From Elsinoe ampelina (lineage: Eukaryota), in contig ML992506.1 in NCBI GenBank assembly GCA_010093995.1, positions 368,832 to 432,831 on the forward strand: a stretch of DNA of 64,000 bases. Reading direction: 5' to 3'. The position numbers and the translations under genes were made by a program. Shown piece by piece: positions 1 to 13,498 of this stretch. Under the pieces are notes generated by a model. It worked only from the letters and a program-made list of their open reading frames with translations. It made no database searches and was not told the origin of the DNA. How positions within the stretch are numbered: position 1 is the stretch's first letter; each line of letters starts with the position of its first letter.

Positions 1-177
1 TTGATTTTGGATACAGGGCAGATCGTGCTTTCAAGATCACAGATAGAGTAATGTAGATGAATGAAAAGAGACATGCTAAGCCCCACTCGTATCATTCGCC
101 ACCATGAGGGGTCTGGTATTCGCTTCACTGCCTCTCAGCTCTGCTATCACCCACGTCGAGACTCAAAGACCGATCCA

Positions 178-531
178 TCACCTCATACTATTCTCATCCC
201 TTGCTCTCTTGCTCGATACGTGCTCCTTGCTCATCGGCAACCTCGATCTAGTCCCGCCATCAGTAACGAGCTCTTCTTGGTCATACCGCATCAGGGTTCT
301 CACCTTGCCGACCTCTTCGGCCAGCGCAGCGTCCTTGCTTAACTGTGTGCTCTGACTGGTCCTCCCGTTGGCCTTCACTTTCGCATTTGCCTTCGCCTTC
401 GCCTTCTCCTTCTTGCCCTTCTTCTTCTTGACGGCCCCCCGATCCACTCTGGGGGTCGGCCCCTCGGCGGTTGCCTTCTGTGCAGCAGCTCGGTTCGCTC
501 CGCCGGGTTTGTTCTTCTTCTGCGAGGTCAT
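178..531 (-). CDS. small Lys/Ala-rich hypothetical protein
   Basis: ORF MTSQKKNK...KKKKGKKEKAKAKANAK with gene-like codon usage. No recognisable domain; may start at 582. Confidence 0.35.
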   Translation of the reverse strand: MTSQKKNKPGGANRAAAQKATAEGPTPRVDRGAVKKKKGKKEKAKAKANAKVKANGRTSQSTQLSKDAALAEEVGKVRTLMRYDQEELVTDGGTRSRLPMSKEHVSSKRARDENSMR

Positions 532-1060
532 TAGTATGCGGCGAGTGCAAGAGGCTATGGAGGGTCCAACAGTGCGGGACATGATGGAACGTCTGGAAGC
601 TGCGTCCTTGATTCGAGCAAGCTACGTGGTCGTGGACCTGAATGAGGTTGCAATGTGGAGAAATGTCAAGTCAAGACGCAGGATGTGAGGATCACCTGGA
701 GGACTTCAGGTGTAGAGAACCAGAAATTGAGTGAGCCATTAGATGGGAGCGGGCATGTGCTTGCACATGCTCCGCTGCCTCTCTGCTTGTGAGGGGGCGG
801 GTAAGGTGGGCGGGGCCGTAGAACTCAAACGCAGCACAATTCATTACGATGACCTGGTACTTAAAACATACCGTATATTACGATTTTCAGAAGGCTGTGA
901 TGGACTTTGTTGTAAGTTAAGTACTGCGTCAAGCCGATCTGCAAAAGTCAAAGCTTCGGAGAAAACCACGTGACCATTCGCCACCTCAAGCCCTGGAAGT
1001 CGACAGTATGGCCATGCTGTGGCGCTGCACTTTTCGGCGCTCTTCAGCACTTTTCAAATA

Positions 1061-2733
1061 CTACCAATCGCTCTCTGTAAGGCGTACCCACAAGCCACCT
1101 TTGGGTTTCGAAGTAATACCTCCCACAATCTCAGCCTCATAGTCCTCCTTCTCAAACTCGCACTTGAACCGCCCCATGAAGGCCGCCATCAGGCACGAGA
1201 ACTCACTTTTGGCAAACCCCATTCCAATGCATGATCTAGGCCCGTGAAGAAAGGTTAAGAAGGAATAGTTACTGTCTGCGCCACCCTTGTTGGTCTGGCC
1301 TTCCTTGAGCCAACGTTCCGGGTCGAAGGTGAGGGCTGAGTCGCCCCAGAGCTCGTACGAGTTATTGGTAGCCCATGGGGCGATGATTATCAAGGTCCCC
1401 TTGGGAATCGGATGGTCTATGATGGTACTGTCTTGTGCCGCCACCCGCATGGTCAGCGAGACCGGAGCCCAGAGTCGCAGTGTTTCCTGAAGGACGGCGT
1501 TGAGGTACGGCAGGTTGTCGATCTGGTGGGAAGCGATCTTGCGTCCGGCCTTGGTCCGAGGTGATGGGAGATTGGCGTGAATTTCCTCCCGGAGACGAGT
1601 CTGAATCGACGGGTTCTTGCAGAGAAGATATATCGCCCAAAGCATCGCCGTTGACGTCGTCTCATGCCCCGCGACGAGGAACGTCATGAGCTGGTTGATG
1701 AGCTCCTCGTCGTTGAAGCCTCCAGACTCCATGGCGACAGACAAGATATCGAAGTCACGTGACTTTTTCAACTTGGCTCGCTTGTCCTGGATGAGCTTTT
1801 CGCACGTCTGACGGATGTACTTGCGAGCAGCCATGATCTCGTAATTCCTCTTCAAAGGAATGTTACGCATGAACCATCCGGGTAGAATTATACCCGCCAT
1901 TTGCAGATATCTTTGCCCCCGGGCAGGCTGAAATATGGCCTTATAATGCTGGCTCAGCGTGTTATTTGGGTCGGCAATCGATCCAAAGTCCTGGCCCAGA
2001 CCAGCAGTACCAATGATATCCAGTGTGGCACGAGAAGTGTACTCGCCGACCTCGACAACGTTCTGAGCGTGGCCATAGTCGGCTCCTTGATGAGCGATAT
2101 CGTAGGAGATCCTCTCAACAAGCTCATTAGACTTGTCCCAGAACGTCTGATATAGGTCCTTCACATGTCGGAAGGCGAAGGCGGGTGAGAGAGCTTTGCG
2201 TTGTCTCTGGATTGATGCATCAGCGAGGGTATCAATGCACGCTCCATATGACCGACCTTGTGCTCATCGCCCTCCGCAAGGAGGATACCAACTCCAAGGA
2301 TCCGTCCCAGACCTTCCCTCACAAGTTTTGGTTTGATAAACTCATAGTTCTTGGTGACGAGGACCTCGGCTATCGCCTTTGGGCTGGTGACCAGCACTCG
2401 CTCGTTGTTCAACCAGTGGAGGTATCTAATGAGTCCATTGTTTGGTACTTCATTGGCCCAATCTCTCATTGGAATGCCAGTGGGCTCTTTTGAGATACGT
2501 GCAGAATGTCCCATGAAGAGTGTAGCATTTGGTGGCGAAGGTAAGTCTCGAAGGGGGCTGAACATGTGTGGATAGATCAAGACTGCCCATACTGCCCACC
2601 CAAGGAATGCTCCAGAGAAGATGGCGAGACTGGTCAAGATAAAGGAGCCCCGTATAGTCATCTCAGGTTGGAAATGCGTGACAAGATACGCAGTCAGTGC
2701 CGAGACGGCGACCATCTTCTGTGTAGGAGGCAT
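1061..2733 (-). CDS. cytochrome P450 (CYP617/FUM15-like by impression)
   Basis: N-terminal TM segment, AGHETT I-helix, ETLR, PERW and FLHGPRSCIG heme motif. A GT-AG intron at 2207-2256 joins GDEHK|RQRK. Confidence 0.93.
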
Positions 2734-3331
2734 CGTAAGATCGTTGATGGCGCGTGGCATGGACCAGCAGGAGTTGAATTCGCAGATGTCCAACGTCTTT
2801 ATATCGACGACATCAGCTCTTTCGACGAAAGTGATGTTATCTCAGGAAGCCTTGATATATGAAACGTAGGGTGTTCAGGCCGACTTAGCCGGAACCGTTC
2901 TAGTGGGCGCGAGCGGGACGATATTGGCCCGTCAAGCTCGATCCTTCTATACGGCGCACCCAGTCGTCGTCAGTCTGCTTCAAGGACGGGCTGAGTGGAA
3001 TGATGCTGCCATGTCATGCACCGCGTTTCAAGGCATCCTGATTGGCTGGCATGATCGTCACAAGTTTGACCGGATTGTGACAAGCTTTGGCCGGATGATC
3101 CCGAAGGTCTCGTTAAACTGGAGGCCCGTGGGCTGAATGTCCTGCCTGTCGCTGTCCCCCGACTTTTCTTCTCTAGTTTCCCTCCATTCGGCCACGTGCA
3201 AAGATCCAGAGATGCAACCACGCACGTGTCGGAAGCTGTGATAGGGTCTATGTGGCGCCATCTGATGTATTGCAGACATGATCTAGCTTTCATCACCATC
3301 TCACCACTAGGATCCCCAGGACTGTTCAGCT

Positions 3332-4433
3332 TCAAGCTGCCAACTTCTCCTTCAAGATCTTCTCAGTCAACGACCAAAGTGCCTCCTGAAGCGCCTCATT
3401 CTTGGCCTCCTTGCTTGGGTCCGTCACTTTCCTATCAGGAACAATATACTGTCCCTGAATCTTCTCTTTGACGACATCCCCGCTCGTGGCCGCGAACAAG
3501 GCTGAGCGGCATCCTTCGTCAATTGGGTCTTTGAGGAATGGCTGTACTGCCTTGACACCGACCTTACCCATAGTACCATACGCTTCGACTGCTTGGCTCT
3601 GCTGGTCGGTCTTGACGCCTCCAGGGTGGGTGGCAATGATCCACGGGCCATGAGCGGTCCCGCCTTCGGTGAAGCCGAGCTCATTCCTCGAGGCGCGGCG
3701 AGCCAACGCAAGCACGAACAGGACCTGCGCGAGCTTGGTACGGTTGTACAGCTGCATCGCACCGATGTCGGTGTTCATTTCCTCTACAGACTCGAATTTG
3801 ACCTTGTCGTTGCCGCCACGGTGTAGATCGGAAGACTGCAGTACCAGACGAGAGTTTGGCGTCTTCTGAAGGACTGGCAAAAGGACCATCGCAAGGTGGA
3901 ACTGTGAAAAGAAGTTGACCTGCATGTGGGAGTCTCAAGGACAGTCAGTATCTGCTCGGGAAGCGCGGGGTGTGTATACTCACCAAGCCCATCGTCTGTC
4001 AACCAGAACGGACCAACTCCGAGACCTGCATTCAGGATCAAGGCATCAATTCTCTTGAGCTTGGAAAGCTCGGTGGCAACTTCGGCGGTCTGCTTAAGGT
4101 TCGCAAGGTCGCACTTCTTCCACTCGACCTTGTCGACATTGCCGTACTTTGTCAGCTCACGTTGAGCTTCATCTGCGTGGTCCTCTTTGTTGGAGAGCAG
4201 GTAGATCTTCTCTGGGCCCTTGGCAAGAATGTGTGCGACTATTCCGAATCCTATACCAGCTGATCCTCCAGTGACAATGAACACCTAATGAGTCAGCACC
4301 AGAGTGTGGCGACGGAGGGATGTCCGTTGATGGACTCGACCGAGCATGCAAACGGGCATGAACGTACCTTGCCAGAGAGATCCGGGATGTCACTCTTTGG
4401 GTCAAAGGTATTGCTAGAGCTGAAGAGGCCCAT
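3332..4433 (-). CDS. short-chain dehydrogenase/reductase (retinol-DH/WWOX-like)
   Basis: TGGSAGIG, LILNAG and YNRTK catalytic motifs. Introns at 4285-4367 and 3934-3983. Confidence 0.92.
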
Positions 4434-6166
4434 ACTGGTAGTTGGTGTAGATTAGATCTGTGTAGGCAGGTAGCAGTCAAATGTATCTGTTCTGCTATAA
4501 CAGAGAGTCGCCTTTGGTGCGTTTTCACGAGATGAAGTGCATGTGCTTCCATGACAGCGAATGATGTCAATATTATGATGACTAGTTATGAACCTCCGCC
4601 CTCCTGGTCTTGGTAATTTCATGGTCTATCGATCATCCTTCAAGTTGTCCATCGAGGGTTCAAATGGTCTCTCGTAATGGACAGATCGTAGCTGGACTCT
4701 GGTCCTTTTCAGAAGGCTTCCTCGGATCATGCTTGCCCGGCTGAAGGATCGTCCGGCCCCAGGAGGGGTTTTTCTGACCTGACCAATGTTAAATCAAACC
4801 TCGCTGGACCACTACAATCCGCTAATACCATGCTCACACACAAGTTCGAAACCCAAGGTGGCATACATGCAGGCTGAAGGTTTCCTTGGGCGCTTCTGGT
4901 CTGAGAGTGTCGCTGGTAAGAGCTTCGCTTTGCTCTACCTCTGACTTCCCGCAAGGATTATTAGAGACTCTTCAGGCTGGATGCTAAACCACGACTTCAA
5001 AGAGGCGCTGCCCAATACTCCGACCACAGAATGCCCTCCCTCCGGCACGACACATGGTCTCTCCTATGGGCGGTCTTCCGCTTGACGCCATGGATCTGCC
5101 ACTTCAACTATCTCAAGCCTCTTGAGGTCGATTCTCTGCCTCTGCTGGTCTCCAAGGTGTCCTTCCCGGTGAATGCTTGCCGGGTCACCGTCGAACTTCT
5201 GTGCCATGGAACAGACGCCTATCCCGGGTAGCGACATGGTCTTGGTTGTATCTCATGAACATGTTGGAAGTATAACTGAAGTTCTTGTGTCATATCGACA
5301 TCTGATAGGACAGCTGCGGAGCTTCACGGTGACCGACGTGGAGAAAGGGTCGCCGCACTTAGGGCAAGCCCCACCTGCTGTGGTCTTCTCCCCGGAACGT
5401 TCTACGATCTTTCATCTTCCCGTCATCATGGTTACATAGGCTGACAAGAGATCCGGTCGAGTATAGAACCATGACGTCCAAGGAGAAAAGCTACACATAC
5501 GAGGATGAGAAGGCTTGGAGGCAAGTGTCCTTCTCATGGGCCACCGCGTACAACACCAAGGTAGGTGCTGTCTTCCGTACGACCATAGCATCGACGTTGA
5601 AAGCCCCGTGTTAGGACTGGCCACTTCTAGATTCCATCGCGGCGCCACAGGTGCAGATGCTCGTATCCGAGGTGGACTCGAGAGGGAGTAACAAGACAGT
5701 GCCCAAGGCCGAGTATATCGCTCGTTTCAGCTCAAAGGCAATGCTCGGTGACGAGAGAAGTGCGTCCCCGTCATAACAAGTCAGACCATGACTGGCGACT
5801 GACGATGGGTCACAGTCGCATCCCAGCATCTCCTTGGTGCCGCAAACTTTGAGGTCAAAGGACCTACCTCTGCTATCGGCCATTGGCAGATCCAGGTAGG
5901 ATTGTACCGGAAGCTCGCTGACGGTAACTTGAGGGAGTGGACGGTCGCTTCGTACGTTGATCATATGTATGAGAGGATTGATGGCATCTGGAAGCTTGCT
6001 GGGTTCCGACCTCACACCAAGTTGTGGGAGAGGGGAGAGATGTATGATGTGCTGGGGGAATTCGATTGAGTCTCCAGTCAGTGGACGGTAGTATAGCCTG
6101 TGGTGAGGAGGAATTCATGGCAAGACTGTCTCCTACCTGCAAACTGTATATCGTTCGATCTCATGG

Positions 6167-6532
6167 TCACAACGTCTGATCACACGATGAGCTTGAATTG
6201 TACATGCGTTGGGCAATCACCGGAGGTAAGAACGACTGGCGGCGCTTTCTCAGTGGTAGTTGCTGTTCCAGTGGTCCGAGTGAGCGTATTGCTACCCTCG
6301 TGAATCGTGGGGAGGACGGCGTGATATCCTTGTATAATTGTATGCCTTTTTCGTGATCTAGCAGGTCCAGCGTGAAGAAACAAGTGCTTCCCATGATGTC
6401 CGTGATTTTGAAAGCTTCATCCTTGTCTCGGCCCAGTAGCTTCGCGATAGAGACGGAAGCAAGCACAATGCTTGGTACGTCCGCAGGGAACGGGGTAGGA
6501 GCAGGGTCGTTGCAGTCGAGTTTGGGTGTCAT
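6167..6532 (-). pseudogene. truncated N-terminal fragment of a 2OG-Fe(II) dioxygenase
   Basis: PFPADVPSIVLASVSIAKLL...CFFTLDLLDHEKG resembles the DIOX_N region. Similarity is lost after ~70 aa and no HxD..H domain is visible downstream. Confidence 0.5.
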
Positions 6533-7090
6533 GACTGTATGATTCTGTTGAGTCCTGTGTAGAAAGATTGTGAAAACAGTCGTAGGGTAGAGGAGACACT
6601 TACTGCTATCATACTGTACCACATTGATCGACGTTCACGGAGTCTTCGGCACAGTGCTGGTGTGTGTCATACCTTCCATTCTTTGCCCTTCCTCGGTCTT
6701 CATCTGCACCCTGCCCGACCACTTCTTGGTGTTTGTCGATCGGCAGGTGTCCGGGATACGGATGTCAATCAGACCAAGGACAGGATCTCAGCAGCAATAT
6801 CGTTTGCCTCTGTCAACAACAGTTCCTCCACATGTCGATCGATGATGAGGCACTGATTGCCAAATACTCTGCGAGTGATGGGTGTAATACCAAATCAGGA
6901 AGATCAGTCTTGAGATGGATGCCTGTTCATTGATACCGCTGATCTTGGTATTTTCTCCATTCCTGACCTCATGTCCCGCCTTTCCAATCACCATAATGCC
7001 CATATAGGTAGAAAAGCTCCTAGAAACGCCCAAGCCTTTGCCCAACGCCATCATGCAAACGATCATGTCCCCTATAAAAATACATCGCCC

Positions 7091-10042
7091 CTACCGACAA
7101 GGCAACTGCTGGAAGACCTTTTTAAAGATATCCTTACTCTTGTACAAGTTGACCAATCTCAATCTCTCGTTGTCCAGATGTGCAGAATCACTCGCTTGTC
7201 CGCAAGGCAAGTGTGCGGCTGGGGCGTCGAATTCCATCTCCAGAAAGCGGATGGCAGGAATCGAGCCTCCTTCTCTGATGTATAGTGGTTTGCGGCGTCG
7301 GCCGGTCGCGGGGTTTGCCATGGTTGGGGGACTGGCGGATAGCTGTGCCAAGCCATCGCTGTGTTGCCCAAGATTGGGTGACTGGATGAGGTCCGCCGTC
7401 GTTTGAGGCGCCGTCTTGCGCGGGCTAGTCTGCGAGTCCGGCTTATGAGGTGAAGACCTGGGGACTTCGGGAGTCATGACACCTCCATTCGCCAAAGCGT
7501 TGGAGGTCGTGGGTGAGGGCTTTGTGTTGAAATATGAATCGCTAGCCTCAAGGGGCACCTTGAGTCGTGGGAGAGATGACTGAGAGGCTCGTTTGTCATT
7601 GTCGCTTACAGGACCCCAAACATCCATGACTGCTTCTTCCAGCGTCTGAAAGATCTGATTGTGCACATCGCCAAGCCAAGGCTCTGCTTTATGAGCGATC
7701 GTTACAGTGAGCTTGTTATTCGATTCAAGCTTGGCGAACTCGTCCTGCAAGAAGTCTGTCAGGACCTGGCTAACCTCGTCTGCTTTCTGGTTGGGGACAA
7801 GTCGGATTGACAGTGCAGCTTTTGCAGAGCGAGGAATGATTGTCGCATTGTCCGGTCCGGATGTCTGGAAACGATGTATCGTCAATGAAGGATCTCTCCA
7901 TCTTCGCATAAGAGAAGTGGCCAACTCATTCGAATCACCAAGCCCAGGATTGCGGCTGATTAGAGCATGGGTAATGTCTGCGTAGAGTAGGCCTTCTTCC
8001 TCAGTGAGCTCGGGAATCGGGTCATAGAAGCCAGGAAGCTTGACTTCTCCATGTCTGCCGGCCAAGGTGGATAGGAGAACTACCAGATCCTTGAGAGATT
8101 CATCTAGCTTCGCGCTACCGTCGACTCCAGAGTGCAGATCAGGATGGCTGCTTTCAACTTGGACCGAAGCATGAATGACACCTCGTAAACCATAAGTCAA
8201 GCATGGAATACGATCATCCAGCCAGTAGCTGTTTGCGAGCAATATCCAATCAACTTCGCCGATAAGATGCTTGTGCTGTTGGATAGTCTTTGCAAACCCA
8301 CGGGAACCACATTCTTCCTCACCCTCGATCAGGAAGATGATGTCCGCACCAAGTGCTTGTTCGCTCATCAACTCAGCACAAGCATAGATGGCTGCCATGA
8401 TTGGACCTTTGTTGTCTGAAGTACCTCGACCGTAAAGGTAGCCGTTGATACCCTCCATCGTGAAAGGATCGGTGTTCCACTTTCCATTTTCGTTCTCGGC
8501 AGCGACGACGTCATAGTGTCCGTAGAAGAGGACTTTCTTCCGCTGACCAGCAGTCGATGGATTGCCTCTAAACTTGGCGAATATCACTGGGTTGCAAAGA
8601 TCCTCAGTCGGCAGCATCTCCGTAATTGCTCCGAAGCTCTTGAAGACTGAGCGCAGATATGATGCACCTCGTCTACAGTCTCCCTTGTATTTTGGATCCG
8701 AAGAGACTGTCCGGTATGAGACGAAACGACGTAGAGACTCAATCATTTGTTCGTATGTAGTCTTCTTGTTGGTAGAAGGAGCGGAGATGCAATCACTCAC
8801 GTCCCACACAGCGATGGTGTTGTCATTCCCTCCAGTGGCGTAAATAGCACGACCCTTGTGGAGTCGGAAAGCAGATGACAGAGTCTTGCCTTCGTGTGCT
8901 TGAAAACGGATGGCAGTCTGGTACTGTCGGTCGAATTTCTGGAAAGGTCAGCTTCTGTTTCTGATAATGCAGCAACCTCGATCACTCACCCTCACAAAGC
9001 CGGTGACTGATGCACTGAACAAGAATCCACCGCCAACACAGACCGACATGACATCCCCTCGGTGCGACTTGAGACTCCTCACAAGCTGCTTGGTCTCAAG
9101 GTCCCAGACATTTACTTCGCCCAATGATCGACCTGAGTATAAGAATGTTCCATCTATGGCCAGCGACAAGATGGACTGGCCCTCCTCGCGATCGTCATCA
9201 AGGGAGAATAGCTTTTGTGGTTCGTAGTTTCTGTCCTGACCAACGCTCCAAACGGTGATGACTCCGTCTCCTCCACCAGTGATGAGAACCTCTCCAGCAG
9301 GTCCACCTGTGAATGTGTCCTGCTCCAACAGCATGGAGTAAACATAGCCGTAATGCGAAAAGTGCTGAATGTTGTCCTCGGGTATCTCCAATCCTTGTCC
9401 ACCTGTTGCATCCTTTGCTCTTATCTCATCCTCCGCTGGACGTGGCGTCCTGACACCTCCTGGTCCTGGCGAGTCGTAGAAAGGATGGTCTGCCCTCCAT
9501 AAGGGATGGTCCTTCAAGGTTGGTCGGTCTTTAGTCGGTCGTCCACCCAGGTGGTACCATTGTATCGCCGTGTTCTGTAGGCCCACATACAGGGTCTCAA
9601 GGGTGGTAGAGTAGGTGATACAGAAGATGTCGCCCACATCGTAGGTGGAGAAGAGGTAGTAGCGGCGTTGGAAAGTCTTTGTGTCCCATACATTGACTAT
9701 CCGGTCACCACCAGTCGAGAAGAGAAGAGTCTCATCTTGCGATAAGCATAGTCCCAACACACTCCCCCGGTGTCCTTCAATGACTGCCGTCTTTTCATAT
9801 GTGTCCAACGAGAATACCAGAATCTCCCCTCCTTGTGTTCCTGCAAATATCGAAGTCTGGGAAAGTACTACGACAATGATAGACTTGTCATGCCGCAATC
9901 GATGTCTGAGCTCCGCGGTAGCATGTTGATTGTCTGCCGATTTTGTGCTGGCTCTGCGGAGCTCATTGCTTCTTGGTTCATCCGTTTCGGAGCCAGTATT
10001 AGCACCCAGGTATGTCTGACCCTTCAGACCTGTACGAAGCAT
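7091..10042 (-). CDS. DUG2: WD40 + M20 peptidase, glutathione degradation complex subunit Dug2
   Basis: N-terminal WD40 repeats (GHRGSVLGL, VNVWD) are followed by M20 motifs YGHYDVV, GRGTSDNKG, EGEEE, REGGSIP and AHLDNER. Intron at 8939-8989. Confidence 0.93.
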
Positions 10043-10499
10043 TAGCGACAGGTGACGAGGGTGAAGCTCTGGAGAAAGCTATCGGAGACGTTTACCGAAT
10101 GGAGAAAAGGTTCCTTGCAGCGGGAATGATGCTGGCGTGGTTGGTTCATCACTTTCGGAGCCGTCGGTGGAGCTCTGCGTCAAAGGAACCACAACTTCAA
10201 CTGGAGGCCATGTCTCTCCGCAATTCATGTTTGGGGAATAGTGCGAATGTCCATCAGACTAGGCGATTAACTGCAGGAGCTACTTTGAAAGGCCGACGAC
10301 ATCTCCTGTTTGTGTAACATTGGCCTGGCTGGTCGCGTCATCCGTGTATTCCATGGCGTGCCACCAATGAGCCTTGTACAAGCAGATTGCAGTGTTTGTT
10401 TCATGCTATTCGAGTATATACCTCGTTATCTCCTTATACATGCGTCTCATGCTATGCAATATGTACGGTAGGTACTGTTGGCCCTGTCGTGGTCATAAC

Positions 10500-12209
10500 T
10501 CATTCCGTGTTCATTATCTCACTCGCAATCTTGCTCTTCGCGCGTATCCTTGGCCCCCATATCAGTAGTGCGAAAGGTACAGCCGTCAGCAGAATACCGA
10601 TCCCTCCGAGCAGACTAGAAGCGCCTTGATATCCTAGGTCCGTGTACATTTCAACAATGACCAAGGGAATAGCACCTCCAAGCAAATTCCGGCAGAAGGA
10701 TTGAGCAGCCAACGCAGAGGAGGCGTATTTGTGATACGTATCTGCAAGGTAGTTGAACACTGCCAAGTAGATGGAGAAGATACCCATGGTCGCGCATCCT
10801 ACACCAAGGGTCGGCACGATCCAGTGTACACTCCTGTAAGAAGTCCAACCAAACCAGAATAGACCGATTGGCAATAGACAGGACTGGATGCAAGGGAACC
10901 ATAGTCGTCCTTCTGGAGTATCGTTCATATTTGGTCTCCGTTTCTTCATCATCTTGTCCCCGTAGATGGCGATAACAGTCGCAAGGATCGCGGCAACGCT
11001 TAGTGACGCAAATACTGCTCCAGCCTGGTCCAATGTAAAGCCGTAGAGGGACCGAAATACCAGTGGTATCGCTCCAAAGGTGAGATACAGAACAGACCAT
11101 GAAAATGATATCCACAGACTAAAGAAGAAGACTGTCGGCTCCGTGACCAGTAAATGGAATGGTCGGTAAACTGAGATCGATATCATGGTGAGTATGCTTG
11201 CTCGTTCTTCATCACTCTTGACCTTCCATCTGATCCGCCGAACTATCTTGTGATTGCCAGTATCAAACACTACACCAACAATGCCCAGAGCCTCTAACTC
11301 TTCATAGTATTTGTTGATGGCTCTTGCCTTTTTTGACAATAGGACCGAGCCCCTAGTCTCTTTGAAGAAGACAACTAGGAAACACATTAAGACACCGCAC
11401 GTGATGACCTGGAGGTAGAAGATCCATCGCCAGGTTGTGTTCGCTGCGATGAAACCTGATACTAGCGGTCCAAGTCCAGTACCAAAGAGAGCGGCGCCAG
11501 AGAAGAGCGCCATGGCTGTGTTGCGGTCCTCAGTCTGGTAAATGTCGGATACCACGCCTCCCACCATGGTCGAGAAGGTGGAAGATACACATCCCTTGAG
11601 GAAACGTGATATAAGCATGCCACCATACGATCTGGTAACCGCACAGCATAGCTGCAAGATGACATATAGCACACCAGTGATGACAAAGACAGGTCGACGT
11701 CCATTAATCTCGCTGAAAGGTGCCAAGATCATAGGTGCAATGGCGAAGCCGGTAGTGAAGACAGTGACACCAACCGTGATGGCTGTTCGTGAAACTCCCC
11801 ATTCTGCTTCCATCTGTTCCTCACCCGAGGTATATGACCCGGCAGCATAAGCCGTGACTACCGTAGCTGCACATGATAGCCATGTGATCACGTTCTTTCG
11901 TGACTCGCTCCATAGAAAAGGCGATATGATCTTCTCATATGCGGCAGTAGATGGCAAGCTGTCGGGCAATGAGTCAGGAGAAGGGAAAGCGGGGGTCGGT
12001 AGTGGTGCTGTCTGCCACGTAAGATATTCGTAGTGAATCGTATCGTCGTTCACTATTGTGGAAGATTTGGACGAGTGTGATTTCTGATCATTGTTGGTTT
12101 CCTTTTCCTTCTCCTGGTCGATTGGGATCTCAGGACTCAATTGTGGACTCCCAGAAAGATTGCCATCCTGCGATGACGTCCGTGGCAATTTGATCTCGGG
12201 GTCTGCCAT
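10500..12209 (-). CDS. MFS drug:H+ antiporter (DHA1 family)
   Basis: 569-aa ORF with ~12 hydrophobic segments and motifs APFSEINGRRPVF, WRWIF, PEGRL and YLADTY..YASSA. Confidence 0.93.
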   Translation of the reverse strand: MADPEIKLPRTSSQDGNLSGSPQLSPEIPIDQEKEKETNNDQKSHSSKSSTIVNDDTIHYEYLTWQTAPLPTPAFPSPDSLPDSLPSTAAYEKIISPFLWSESRKNVITWLSCAATVVTAYAAGSYTSGEEQMEAEWGVSRTAITVGVTVFTTGFAIAPMILAPFSEINGRRPVFVITGVLYVILQLCCAVTRSYGGMLISRFLKGCVSSTFSTMVGGVVSDIYQTEDRNTAMALFSGAALFGTGLGPLVSGFIAANTTWRWIFYLQVITCGVLMCFLVVFFKETRGSVLLSKKARAINKYYEELEALGIVGVVFDTGNHKIVRRIRWKVKSDEERASILTMISISVYRPFHLLVTEPTVFFFSLWISFSWSVLYLTFGAIPLVFRSLYGFTLDQAGAVFASLSVAAILATVIAIYGDKMMKKRRPNMNDTPEGRLWFPCIQSCLLPIGLFWFGWTSYRSVHWIVPTLGVGCATMGIFSIYLAVFNYLADTYHKYASSALAAQSFCRNLLGGAIPLVIVEMYTDLGYQGASSLLGGIGILLTAVPFALLIWGPRIRAKSKIASEIMNTE

Positions 12210-13498
12210 ACCCGTGTCGTCACCGCTGTAGAGCGTCGAGGAGATATCGCGGTGAGGGAAGAGGAGTCATGGATGAAAGAAAAGAAGAGATGGGTAATTG
12301 GAAGAAATGGTTTCTGCAAAGTAGCGAATAGAGTCGGAGCCACGGAATCCCCAACCTTGAGTTCGATCTGAACCCCGAAAAAGCAGCGGCGTACGGCAGA
12401 CGGTTCTCACAGAAAGCCAAATTGGCTCCCGGTGTTGGTCGATCAGGACCCTCATCTCTTACCCGGGAACCATAAATTTCAATGTGCTCACCTTTGACAT
12501 TCGATTTGCAGACGTTCATTCATCACAGTGATGAGATACGGTGTTTTGAATGCAGTCCATAAGTTTTTGAAGGCTTCCAAAGTGATGAATGTCAAGTTCT
12601 AGATGAATGTCAATGAAGCAGTTGAAGTTATGTTCCACCGCCGGGGATAACAACTCGATCGGGTTTAACGGCCGAGCGGTATTCCCGACGACATCTCCCC
12701 CACTTTGCTGCGACCACATAATAAGAAGGCCGGGATCCCGTGCAAAAATCAACCGTTCAACAGTGATTGACAGGGAACAACTAGTAAATGCGGTGAGCAT
12801 TAGAAATCCTCATATAGAAATGTCTCGATGAGCCGATAATGCAGTCCACGGACTGGACAAGACAACTATACGACGGAACGACGAATTTCTGAACTTGTCG
12901 GGGAATGTGCCATACCAAATGGTCATCGATTGTCTCTACAAGTGTCACAAAGCAAACACTTTCAACAAGATACAAGTCTGATCTGATACTACTAGAAAGC
13001 TCATAGCCTGGTATGGAGTTTTTGGTGGTCGTCGCTTGTCTGGTTGGCACAAGATTCTGACGATCTTCCGATATCGGCCTTCTGCTCCTGGGCTGTGAAA
13101 TACTACCAGCGATGAAGTGCCTCGAAACCGCTTCCGAGTACCACGCGAGTCCTTCATATGGCAATGGAGGAACCGGTGGGACGGTCCAGGGTCGTCATGC
13201 GTATCCAGTAGTCCTATCATCCCGGAGGTAGGCATTTTACATGCTCATCAAGCCTAGAATCGATAAACCATGGTGAGAATGGCGTCATGACGCTATACCA
13301 GAAAGGGAAGTATTTCTTGGTGGGTGCTACATTTTCCAGTGCCCCGCCATTTGTAAGTGTTGATTCTTCATCTTTCTACCATCTACCAGTTGTAAGATAC
13401 ACAGCGTCTACAAACAACTTCTACAGTGAGTGCGCGGAGAAAGCTCTCATATCGCTGCCTAGCTGACTGACCCCTGAAAGCCTTCGCATACCATCAGA

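Noticed and set aside
1061..12209. Secondary-metabolite cluster (P450, SDR, MFS)
   Set aside because: No backbone enzyme, and it is interrupted by housekeeping DUG2.
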